IMG/VR virus record: IMGVR_UViG_3300030107_002762
Span: 1 to 54,989 of that record
DNA length: 54,989 bases
Reading direction: 5' to 3' (one strand)
Source: a virus
Taxonomy: Duplodnaviria > Caudoviricetes
In this document: piece after piece, positions 46,669-54,989 of the stretch
Numbering within the stretch: the first letter of the stretch is position 1
Layout: each line of letters starts with the position of its first letter
Notes under the pieces: model-generated
The model's input: the letters and a program-made list of their open reading frames with translations, nothing else
What the model was told of the DNA's origin: nothing
Database searches by the model: none
Position numbers and translations under genes: made by a program

Positions 46669-47042
46669 CTACTAAGAGCCTCCCAATCGTAAGGAACGTT
46701 TAAAGTAAGCAACGCGGGAGAGTTATAACCACCCTTCATCAATTCTTTTATTCCTGTTAAACTATCTATATGGTAGAGTTTCAGTTCAGCATTTTTTCTA
46801 GCTAAAACAAACACTTGACCACCATGAGCTGCTCGTTTACCTAACCACGCTACTTGCATAGGGCGTAGAGTAAGAGCATTACCAGAATGTATTTCTTTTA
46901 GTTCTACCCAAAATTCTTTACCTTTCGCACAACCATTTACATCAGGTACTCCTGCCCCTGTCATTCCTGTTTCAATTCTTTGTAAGTGTATAGACGGTAG
47001 ATTAGTCCGCATTAACAACCATAGGTTCTTCTCTTTCGCCAT
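46653..47042 (-). CDS. PD-(D/E)XK nuclease, Holliday-junction resolvase / VRR-NUC-like
   Basis: RIE, GVPDV, FWVELK, LRPMQVAW. Confidence 0.8.
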   Translation of the reverse strand: MAKEKNLWLLMRTNLPSIHLQRIETGMTGAGVPDVNGCAKGKEFWVELKEIHSGNALTLRPMQVAWLGKRAAHGGQVFVLARKNAELKLYHIDSLTGIKELMKGGYNSPALLTLNVPYDWEALSSALLS

Positions 47043-47757
47043 CTTCTAATTGTTTTATTCTTTGTTTTAATACTTTTGTAAGTTTTCTTACCGCCTCTTT
47101 TTTTCGGCTTTTATGAAATACCCTCTCTGAGTAATTTGGACCGTAATAATACTCTTGTCCTTTATGAATTTTAGGATTATGTGCTCTGCCGTCTGTATAA
47201 TTAGGTGGGGGTAGGTCTTCTATAATACACTTTTCAATATAATAATCACTTTCGTAAGTATAAGGTTCTAAATCTATAGCTAATAAAGAGTTTTTTGACT
47301 CAATAATATCTAAATTACACTTACCATAATGTCCTTCGTGCCATCTACCTCCAGTATTAAAGACACTCATTGGGGAAGTGATTCTTTTATTATCATCATA
47401 TCTAGTCAAATCTTTACACTCATCACTACAATATAATGTTTGTTTACCAGTAAGTTCTTTATCACAAACCACACAACTTAGTTTTCTGTTCTCCTCTCGA
47501 AGTTTAGCTAATTCTTTATCTAATGCAGCGATACGTTTCTTACGGTTTAATTCTTCCTCATGTATTTTTTTGACTTGTCTTTTTCTTTGTCTTTCTAACT
47601 TTCTTTTATTAGCGTCGTATTTTATTTCTTCTTCACGACATTTAGGTGTACAGTATTTACGTTTATGACCACCAAAGTTATCTCCGCACCACACACACTC
47701 ATGTGGTTTTTCGGTTTTATCTTCTAATAATGGGTACTGTAATATAAAATTAACCAT
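47002..47757 (-). CDS. Protein with two Cys4 zinc-binding motifs and a basic coiled coil
   Basis: CVWC..YCTPKC and CVVC..YCSDEC. Confidence 0.65.
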   Translation of the reverse strand: MVNFILQYPLLEDKTEKPHECVWCGDNFGGHKRKYCTPKCREEEIKYDANKRKLERQRKRQVKKIHEEELNRKKRIAALDKELAKLREENRKLSCVVCDKELTGKQTLYCSDECKDLTRYDDNKRITSPMSVFNTGGRWHEGHYGKCNLDIIESKNSLLAIDLEPYTYESDYYIEKCIIEDLPPPNYTDGRAHNPKIHKGQEYYYGPNYSERVFHKSRKKEAVRKLTKVLKQRIKQLEDGEREEPMVVNAD

Positions 47758-47764
47758 ACTACCT

Positions 47765-47793
47765 ATAATAAAGGTCAATATACGTTAAGTAAA
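47765..47793 (-). promoter_or_regulatory. Promoter TTTACT-N17-TATTAT
   Basis: Repeated motif; ATG 7 nt downstream of the -10. Confidence 0.6.
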
Positions 47794-47937
47794 GGAGTAT
47801 AGACGAGCAAAACGCATATAAGCTAAAATAAGCCGATCTGGGCGTATTTAGATAGTTCTTAACTAAAACCCTCGGGGTCCTTTGAAAAACGCCGTACGTG
47901 CGGTTTCTGGGAACCGATTTTAAAAAATCTAGTAATT

Positions 47938-48273
47938 TTATAGCCATCCCGTATGCGGTGCTACTTTTTGATTATCGGAAGCTAATTTAACATCAACTTC
48001 TTTTAACCACTCATCGTAAGCCCTTTTAGTTTGTTCATTATCTTGGTAGAGTTGCATAAACTCTGTCCATTTACTACGAGCGATTTGTACGCCCCTATAA
48101 TAATCACCGTCACCTAACTTACAACGGGTTACTATTTGCCAAACTCTTTGTTTAGTTAAATCGTATTTCTCGCCTAATTCTGCTAACGTTTCTTCTGCAG
48201 TTTTCCAATCATCATAGATTGCTCGATAACGTTTAGCGTTTTGTTCTGCTTTATATGTATCTATACCTCTCAT
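47938..48273 (-). CDS. HTH DNA-binding protein (sigma70 region 4-like)
   Basis: TLAELGEKYDLTKQRVWQIV. Confidence 0.65.
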   Translation of the reverse strand: MRGIDTYKAEQNAKRYRAIYDDWKTAEETLAELGEKYDLTKQRVWQIVTRCKLGDGDYYRGVQIARSKWTEFMQLYQDNEQTKRAYDEWLKEVDVKLASDNQKVAPHTGWL

Positions 48274-50129
48274 AGTATCTCCTTTGTTTCACCCCAAGAC
48301 TTACCAAGTTCTACATCTACTAACAACGGCACTGCTAATTTTACGCAGTCTTGCATTGTTTTAGAAATAAGTAGAGCTTGTTCTTGATCAACTACCGAAA
48401 CATCAACTTCATCGTGTACTTGTAAGTGTGGAACAATACCTTGTTCCCATAGACCTAACATCGCTAATTTAGTCATGTCAGCTGCTGAACCTTGAATTAA
48501 TCTATTAAGGGCTTTATATGTAAATGATCTTTTTAAATTATCTCCGTATTTTTCTTGAGCTTCTTTTAAAGGCAACGGAGTAGAGCGTTCGTATTTATCT
48601 TCCCATAAATCGAAACGACATCGTCTACCTGCAAAAGTTTTTATATATCCTCTATCCATAGCTACGCGAGTGCAATAATCTTGTAAAGCTCTAATAAAAG
48701 GTACTTTCTCATGGTATTGTAAAAATAGAGCTTCTGCTTCTAAATCATCAACACCTAGTTCTTTAATTAGTTTTTCTTTACCCATGCCATAGCTAAGTCC
48801 TAGATTTATCGTCTTAGCTTGTTTACGTGGTATTTTTGCCATATCTGCTACGATCTGATGAAAGTCAGCATTATCGTCAGTATACTGAGCTACTGCATCT
48901 TTTGCTCCTGTTAAGTTCATCTGATCAGCATAATGTACAGTGAGTCTAGGTTCTTGTTGAGAATAATCAAAAACCCCCCACTGACAACCGTCTTCAGGAA
49001 TAAATAAAGAACGAATAAGATTACCTATCTCAGGGTCACGAGCAGGTACTTGTTGTAGATTAGGATTACTATAACTAAACCGACCACTGACCGTGCCGCC
49101 ACGATCATTACGCATAGCATGAGCTTCCGCGTGTATTCTGCCATTAAAACAATGTTCTTGGATCATCTTCTCAATAAACGTTGTTCTAGCTTTATTTAGT
49201 TTTCTAGCCCTAACGATCAACTGCGGTAGTTCATGCTCATGCCCTTCTAACCAGTCTTTTTGAAAACTAGCCATACCTTTTGCAGTATGCGGATACCAAA
49301 GTTTATTTTTATCAAATATCTCTTGTAACGAAGCGTTAGCCCAAAGATTAACTTCGGCACCATACTTACGTTTTATTTCTACTTGTAACTTTTGTTCTTC
49401 GGTAGAGAGCTGTTTACTAACTTGCTCGGCTCGTTCTTCATCTATTCTAACGCCACGCCATCGCATTTCTAATAACAACGGTATTAAACGACACTCCATA
49501 GCTAATATCTTTTCTAAATCTTGAGCAACAACTTCAGCTTTTAATTTATGCCAAAGTTTTAAAGTCAACGCTGCATCTTGTTGCCCGTAAGGACCAACGT
49601 ATTTTGCAGGTAGTTTATACATCTCTGATTTAGGATTGATACCGAAAGCTAAAGCAGCATCACGTAATAACGATTCATCTTTCTTTTCGTTACAATAAAA
49701 CTCACCTAGATTATCTAACGAATAAGAATAGCGATGTTCATCAACTAAGGGTGCAGCAACTATAGTGTCTAAAATATTGCCTTTTATTTCTACGCCTTCT
49801 CGCCTTAACCAACCTACATCATAGAGTGCATTATGAAATATAACGTCTCGTTTAGTAGAGCTAAGTAGATTACGTAACCAACGTAAAACAATATCTTCAT
49901 CTAAGTTGCCACCGCCCTGATGACGGATAGGAAAATAACCTGACCACTTTTCAGTAGCTACCCCAATACCTACGATATAACCACGACTTGTAGCCCAGCC
50001 TGGACCACAAGTCAATAAGTGTGGGTCGTAAGTTTCTAAGTCTATCGCTACGGTTTCCGTTTCCGAAAACTGCGGAAACACGTCAGGTACAGACCAAGAA
50101 CTTTCGGGAGCAAAAAGTGGTTGCTGCAT
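48270..50129 (-). CDS. polA: DNA polymerase family A with 3'-5' exonuclease
   Basis: DLET, HNALYD, DYSQQEPR, KTINLGLSYG, IQGSAAD, VHDE. Confidence 0.95.
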   Translation of the reverse strand: MQQPLFAPESSWSVPDVFPQFSETETVAIDLETYDPHLLTCGPGWATSRGYIVGIGVATEKWSGYFPIRHQGGGNLDEDIVLRWLRNLLSSTKRDVIFHNALYDVGWLRREGVEIKGNILDTIVAAPLVDEHRYSYSLDNLGEFYCNEKKDESLLRDAALAFGINPKSEMYKLPAKYVGPYGQQDAALTLKLWHKLKAEVVAQDLEKILAMECRLIPLLLEMRWRGVRIDEERAEQVSKQLSTEEQKLQVEIKRKYGAEVNLWANASLQEIFDKNKLWYPHTAKGMASFQKDWLEGHEHELPQLIVRARKLNKARTTFIEKMIQEHCFNGRIHAEAHAMRNDRGGTVSGRFSYSNPNLQQVPARDPEIGNLIRSLFIPEDGCQWGVFDYSQQEPRLTVHYADQMNLTGAKDAVAQYTDDNADFHQIVADMAKIPRKQAKTINLGLSYGMGKEKLIKELGVDDLEAEALFLQYHEKVPFIRALQDYCTRVAMDRGYIKTFAGRRCRFDLWEDKYERSTPLPLKEAQEKYGDNLKRSFTYKALNRLIQGSAADMTKLAMLGLWEQGIVPHLQVHDEVDVSVVDQEQALLISKTMQDCVKLAVPLLVDVELGKSWGETKEIL

Positions 50130-50131
50130 AA

Positions 50132-50422
50132 TTACTTTTTCTTTTTAACTATCTTAGTAACTTTTGCCTTAGGTTTCTTTTTCTTTGGAGCTTTACCGCC
50201 TACCCATGCTTCGTTTACATCAGGAGTAGTAGGGTCGTCCGCTACAAATCTACCTTTTTTACCACGTGCTCGTTTTACTTCTGCTACTTCTTCTTCAAAT
50301 TTATCTAAGGTTACCGTAGCTTCCTCAATAGCTTCTGCTAAAACTTTTTCATCTTTAGTTTCTACAGGTTTTTTAGTATTATCTGTAAAAAATAAATTTC
50401 TTATCCTTTGCCATAAACTCAT
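50132..50422 (-). CDS. Hypothetical protein
   Basis: KRARGKKGRFVADDPTTPDVNEAW; K-rich tail. Confidence 0.6.
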   Translation of the reverse strand: MSLWQRIRNLFFTDNTKKPVETKDEKVLAEAIEEATVTLDKFEEEVAEVKRARGKKGRFVADDPTTPDVNEAWVGGKAPKKKKPKAKVTKIVKKKK

Positions 50423-50424
50423 AA

Positions 50425-50780
50425 TTAATCTCCTGTTGGTATGCCTTCTGAGGTTACTGCTCCAGAATAAATTGCTTTACTCTCTTGCTCAGAATCATTT
50501 ATTAAAATATCGTTTTCTACTAATAATAAATATCTACGTAAATCGCGGATATCATCTAGTAGTCCTGCTTCGCCTTTAAATGCTTCACCTGCTTCAAAGA
50601 TATCCCACCCGTGTTTTTCAGACTGGTGTTCTATCCTATCGAACTTACGTGCTAACATCATAAAAGCCCCTACGCCACCTCTACGTTTCCAAGAGTCACC
50701 GTAAGAAACTTCAGCTCTTTTTAACGCTTCTAGGTCGTTTTGGGCTATGTCTTTCATAGCTTCCCAATTACTAATCGCCA
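50425..50780 (-). CDS. Nucleotide-modification-associated, MazG-like pyrophosphatase candidate
   Basis: SYGDSWKRRGGVGAFMMLARKFDR, DDIRDLRRY; adjacent to the TS homolog. Confidence 0.6.
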
Positions 50781-50791
50781 TAATTTGCTCC

Positions 50792-51862
50792 TTAGTTGTC
50801 CGCAATTTTTAATGTGAAAGTAGTGTCTCGTTTGCGGACCCATTCGAAACACGCTTTCATCCAATCGTATGCTTTAATTTTATTAATCCAAGCATAAGAA
50901 TCCTCGTAACGTCTACGTTTATGAAAAAGATAAGCATTAACCATAGGTATTGCTATATCCCGTATAGACGGATTTTGAAAAGTTTTTATTGGTCCTATAT
51001 AGTCTTTAGTTGAGAACGTTTTACCTGTCGTTATAACATCATCAAACGCCTCAAAAAATAAATCTAATTCCCACTGGAAAGTTTTAGAATGAGTTATTAA
51101 AGGTATAAGGTCTTTTTGTTTAATATATTCATAATCGTTTTTAGTAGAACGCCAACTATAAATATCAATAACGCCTAACTCTTTACAACGCTCCCAAACA
51201 TCGTTTTGATAAACATGAAAACTATCGCTAATTTGAGTATATTCACCAACAGCTATTTCTAATCTCGAAGCAAGATATTCTTGTAACATTGACATATGTA
51301 CTGCGTTAGCACCATAAGCCCCCCAAAGCATATCGTTCGAACGATTACAAACAGTCATGTTTAGTTTTTTATCTCTAACTTTAAAATAAATATTCGTATT
51401 ACAAGGTACGTCTTTACCGTCTCTATCTAAATCTTCTTTGACGTCCCACATCTGTAATACTGCCCGTCTATCGTTAGGGTTACGTCGTAACATAGCGATA
51501 ATAATTTCTAATTGATCTTTATCAAAATAATCTCGCCAACGCCAACCGTACGCCCCCCATAGAGTCTCATTATCATCAGAAAAATCTCGCATAGAGTTTA
51601 CAAAAAAAGTTAAAGGTCTTAAATCTTTACGTCCATGTAACATCCATAGACCTTCTATAAAATGGAAAAAAGGATTAGCATCGCGTTTTTCACAAAACAA
51701 TACACGTTCTGTAGGTTTTTGATAGACCGTAGCTACTGGTTCTATCGCTTCTAATGTTAACCCGTTTCTACTTTCTTGTTCTCGATAATTAGTTTTATCT
51801 AAAAAGAAATCGACACCTAATTTAAAAGCGTCGTTTATATTTCGTGCGGTTATTACTTTCAT
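50792..51862 (-). CDS. Thymidylate synthase homolog, probable dUMP hydroxymethylase
   Basis: RRAVL, catalytic PCN, RSND...GAN, SFHVY. Confidence 0.8.
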   Translation of the reverse strand: MKVITARNINDAFKLGVDFFLDKTNYREQESRNGLTLEAIEPVATVYQKPTERVLFCEKRDANPFFHFIEGLWMLHGRKDLRPLTFFVNSMRDFSDDNETLWGAYGWRWRDYFDKDQLEIIIAMLRRNPNDRRAVLQMWDVKEDLDRDGKDVPCNTNIYFKVRDKKLNMTVCNRSNDMLWGAYGANAVHMSMLQEYLASRLEIAVGEYTQISDSFHVYQNDVWERCKELGVIDIYSWRSTKNDYEYIKQKDLIPLITHSKTFQWELDLFFEAFDDVITTGKTFSTKDYIGPIKTFQNPSIRDIAIPMVNAYLFHKRRRYEDSYAWINKIKAYDWMKACFEWVRKRDTTFTLKIADN

Positions 51863-52776
51863 AATTCGTATTTGCTTTTACCTGCTACTACATCTTCTAC
51901 TATAGGCAAGTCGTTTTGTTTATAGATAGAACGTGTCCTACCCTCATTTTTAAGAATACGTGAGTATTTATCAAACTCACATAAACCCCCTTCTATCTCC
52001 CTTAATTCATAGTTAACAGAGTTTCTTTTAGTAACCCAAGAATTTCTTTCGAATGCTATTTTTAACAACTCTTGCATTTCACTGTTCCAATCATGACTAC
52101 GTAAACAATAATCTAATGGTCTACCTGTCAAACGATTAAGACCTCGCATAGCTCCTGGACCTGCATTAGCCCAAGTCATAATATCATTAGCTTCATCTAA
52201 TAAATAAGTATGTCTTAAATCAGTAACAACCTCGTACGCCATAAATGGACCCATGTAAGGATAATCTCGTAAAGTTTCCCAACAAAACTCTAAAGAAGAA
52301 TTGTTTAATGCTTTTTTATTTTCTAATTTAGTTACTAAATAATCTCTGTCGTTCCACATATGACTTATACATTCAGCTACCCCTGTAACTTTATCCATAC
52401 GATTAGGGGTTTTAATAATATAAGAACCAGTAATCCATTTAGGTTGTTTTTTAATAAGTTCAATAGCTTTCTTCCTATTCCAATTAAACAATAAATCATT
52501 TTCTATTAATGTCCTTCCTGTTTCTATTAAATTAAACCACCTAAAAATTATTACTGCCATAAAAACTCTAGGGTCGTCTCGTAACGGTTCTCTAATATGT
52601 TTTTTAAGCCACCGAGTAGTCCTATCTTCTTCTCGATAAACTTGACAGAATTTAAACTCTTGTAAAATAGGATCATTAGTCCAAGGGGGCGGTAAATCAT
52701 TTTCTTTCTTTTTACGAATACTTTCCCGTTCTTCTTGCCAGTAAAAATATCTATCAAGTTCTTCTGCAATAAACAT
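51859..52776 (-). CDS. aGPT-Pplase1-type amino acid/amine:DNA transferase (HhH glycosylase fold)
   Basis: ERESIR, PPPWTNDPIL, FCQVYREEDR, FRWFN, GPFMAYEVVTDL, GPGA, EGGLCEFDKY. Confidence 0.8.
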   Translation of the reverse strand: MFIAEELDRYFYWQEERESIRKKKENDLPPPWTNDPILQEFKFCQVYREEDRTTRWLKKHIREPLRDDPRVFMAVIIFRWFNLIETGRTLIENDLLFNWNRKKAIELIKKQPKWITGSYIIKTPNRMDKVTGVAECISHMWNDRDYLVTKLENKKALNNSSLEFCWETLRDYPYMGPFMAYEVVTDLRHTYLLDEANDIMTWANAGPGAMRGLNRLTGRPLDYCLRSHDWNSEMQELLKIAFERNSWVTKRNSVNYELREIEGGLCEFDKYSRILKNEGRTRSIYKQNDLPIVEDVVAGKSKYEL

Positions 52777-53627
52777 TACTTCTTAGTTAGTCTCCAAGCA
52801 CAGTTATTAGCGTGTTCAGGATACATAGTCGCTGCTGCCATACGTAAAAACTGTTTACCGAAACGTTCACTTAACATAATCATTTGTTCGTCTGACCACT
52901 CTATTTTTAAATCACGAGTGCCATCAAACCTAGCTTTCTTTAAATTAGGCATTTGTATAAACGTACCCGTGACCGCTTCAATATTAAAGTTACGTTCTAA
53001 TTCTTCTTTTAGTTCTTCAAAGCCCCACTCATAAACGTGGTCTTCAGGTAACTTATCATTTGACCCGTCATGGTTAGGTGTAGAAACATAGCCCAGTGCG
53101 TCAGGTCGCATAACCCTAGCTACATCATCTAACCATGCGGGTACAAACTCTCTACCCATATGTTCAATAACTTCGGTAGACCAAAAGAAATCTATACTTT
53201 CATCAGGTAAATCAAACACAGGGTTTACCGTTAAATCTTGTATTCTTATTTGTCCGTTAAAGTTTTTAAACCAAGTAGATTCTTCTAACCTACCTCCTGC
53301 GTTAGACCAAAATTTATTTTCTAACTCACACGCGGGGTCAATATCGTAACCATAATAAGAACGGATAATATCAGACTTTTTAACTACGTATGCTTTATAT
53401 AAACAACGTAACGCCCAACACTCTCCACAACCAACTTCTAAAGTGTCTAAGGGTCTACCCAACACTTTAGCTTCATCTATCGCTAAACTAGCAATTTTAT
53501 CAAAACGACTCATATGAGCTAATTCATCTGGTCGCCAGTTACCTAGTACTCCTGCTGAAGCAAGGTCCATTCTAGTATTTTTACTATCGTTTTCATTGAC
53601 AGTAAGTTTCTTTCTAATTGATGACAT
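52776..53627 (-). CDS. Class I SAM-dependent methyltransferase
   Basis: LEVGCG, YDID, TEVIEHM, STPN, HVYEW. Confidence 0.85.
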   Translation of the reverse strand: MSSIRKKLTVNENDSKNTRMDLASAGVLGNWRPDELAHMSRFDKIASLAIDEAKVLGRPLDTLEVGCGECWALRCLYKAYVVKKSDIIRSYYGYDIDPACELENKFWSNAGGRLEESTWFKNFNGQIRIQDLTVNPVFDLPDESIDFFWSTEVIEHMGREFVPAWLDDVARVMRPDALGYVSTPNHDGSNDKLPEDHVYEWGFEELKEELERNFNIEAVTGTFIQMPNLKKARFDGTRDLKIEWSDEQMIMLSERFGKQFLRMAAATMYPEHANNCAWRLTKK

Positions 53628-53661
53628 ATATTCTCCTTTCTAAAAAATTAATCACATATTT

Positions 53662-53692
53662 ATTATCCTTTACTTTTATATGCAAAGTAAAG
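53662..53692 (-). promoter_or_regulatory. Promoter TTTACT-N18-GATAAT inside an inverted repeat
   Basis: CTTTACTTT-N7-AAAGTAAAG. Confidence 0.6.
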
Positions 53693-53697
53693 AACTT

Positions 53698-54989
53698 TTA
53701 TACTTGATAACAGCGTGTTGTTTTAGGTTCAATCAAATATAAATTCTCTTTCGTTCTAGTAATACCTACATAAAACACTCTGTTTTCATCATCAGGATTA
53801 CGTTGGTAGTTTTTATAAACTCGTGCCGTAATATCCGTTAATAACACTACATTAGTTGCCTCTCCGCCTTTTGCTGCATGAATAGTAGATAAACGTATAC
53901 GTGGTTCTTTTGTTATTTTTTCTCCTCTACGTAACATAGCTCGTATATAACTTATTTCTTTTACACTTAACATAGTAAAAGCATCATACCAACGACCTTC
54001 AGGTAAATCAGGAAACATATTTTTTAAATCTTGATACTGCATAGTCAAATCAGCATCAACCACTTCTAGTTTTTTACTATCTTTAATCCGCATATATTTC
54101 AAAATATTTATACACTCAACCATAGGTATTGTTCTACCTTGATTTAATCGTTCCCAATTTATTACGGCTCTGATTTTCTTTTCAGAGATACTAGGTCTAC
54201 CTTTTACTTCAAAAAACCAACCTTGGTTTCTACAATACTCGTCTACTTCTTCTAATAAATAATTAGTCCTAGCTAACACTAGCCACTCACCTTCTTCCAT
54301 ATTTACTAATTCAATAGTTGGTTCCCAACGTACGGTGCCTTGTTCTTTTCTAGGCGTCCATTCTTTATAAATTCTAGAACGTACTTGGTCGATACAACGT
54401 TTAGCTACTTCATGCACTTCTAAAGGTACGCGATATGATTGTTTTAAAACTAAAGCATTAGTAGAGTTTTTAATTAAATATTCAACATCTGCCCCTGCCC
54501 ATTTATAAATTGCTTGATCATCATCACCTGCAACATAAATACGATCAGCTTTTTCTGTTAGTTTACGTACTACCGCCCATTGTAGCGGTGATAAATCTTG
54601 AGCTTCATCTACGAACATAACATCTAATTTAGGCACATCACCACGTAATAAAAATTGTTGTAACATATCTGTATAATCAACTAATAATCTATCTTCTTTA
54701 AACAAACGTAGCCCTCTAGCGTAACGTTCTAACTCAAACCACCCTACTGCGTCTTCTACTTCGTGCCATTGTTGTTCTAACGGTATCTCTCGCATACGAG
54801 CTAAGTTTTCTATAAACGCTAAACGATCATCATGGGTCATGGCAAATAAATGTCCATCGTCTGAGTTAGTACGACCCGTTAAACGAATATTTAATTTTTC
54901 ATTTAAGTCTAATATATCTGAATGACTTATAACACTTTCTCTACTAAGCCCTAATTGTCTAAACGCTAATGAATGTAACGTTCTAAAAA
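53698..54989 (-). CDS. UvrD/Rep-like SF1 helicase, 5' truncated by window edge
   Basis: FRTLHS, VDEAQD, GDDDQAIY, QSYR, LARTN, STIHAAKGGE, YVGITR. Confidence 0.92.
   Translation of the reverse strand, partial: FRTLHSLAFRQLGLSRESVISHSDILDLNEKLNIRLTGRTNSDDGHLFAMTHDDRLAFIENLARMREIPLEQQWHEVEDAVGWFELERYARGLRLFKEDRLLVDYTDMLQQFLLRGDVPKLDVMFVDEAQDLSPLQWAVVRKLTEKADRIYVAGDDDQAIYKWAGADVEYLIKNSTNALVLKQSYRVPLEVHEVAKRCIDQVRSRIYKEWTPRKEQGTVRWEPTIELVNMEEGEWLVLARTNYLLEEVDEYCRNQGWFFEVKGRPSISEKKIRAVINWERLNQGRTIPMVECINILKYMRIKDSKKLEVVDADLTMQYQDLKNMFPDLPEGRWYDAFTMLSVKEISYIRAMLRRGEKITKEPRIRLSTIHAAKGGEATNVVLLTDITARVYKNYQRNPDDENRVFYVGITRTKENLYLIEPKTTRCYQV

Noticed and set aside
47759-47947. 62-aa minus-strand ORF
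   Set aside because: Overlaps a promoter, no clear RBS, atypical composition; more likely non-coding
1396-53034. Many plus-strand ORFs in the track (e.g. 2524-2868, 21884-22690, 23453-23956, 50121-50579)
   Set aside because: Antisense shadows of well-supported minus-strand genes, without recognisable motifs
52776-53627. Methyltransferase as a restriction-modification DNA methylase
   Set aside because: No DPPY/NPPY or C5 PC motif; looks like a small-molecule class I methyltransferase

Overview
This window holds most of a lytic, AT-rich podovirus-like dsDNA phage genome. Its gene content resembles uncultured marine phages of small-genome Proteobacteria, but the host cannot be determined from the sequence alone. 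Nearly all genes are on the minus strand. From right to left: (1) a replication and DNA-modification module (UvrD helicase, SAM methyltransferase, aGPT-Pplase-type DNA transferase, thymidylate-synthase-like hydroxymethylase, nucleotide pyrophosphatase, DNA polymerase A, resolvase, DUF932); (2) an early region of small genes driven by a repeated TTTACT-N17-TANNNT promoter cassette and interspersed with structured-RNA candidates; (3) TerS and a repeat-rich non-coding region that may hold the genome ends; (4) spanins, an ART-like protein, TerL, portal, GroES, scaffold, capsid, tail and tail fibre; (5) endolysin and a block of very basic small proteins; (6) a CsgF-CsgG-curlin-like-FecR-CHASE2 adenylate cyclase operon; (7) internal virion/ejection proteins, converging on a plus-strand SNF2 helicase. 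The best candidates for new biology are the curli-type trans-envelope cAMP signalling module, a thymidine hypermodification pathway with an extra methyltransferase, and several pseudoknotted or multibranch intergenic RNAs. All family calls come from motif recognition by eye, not database searches.
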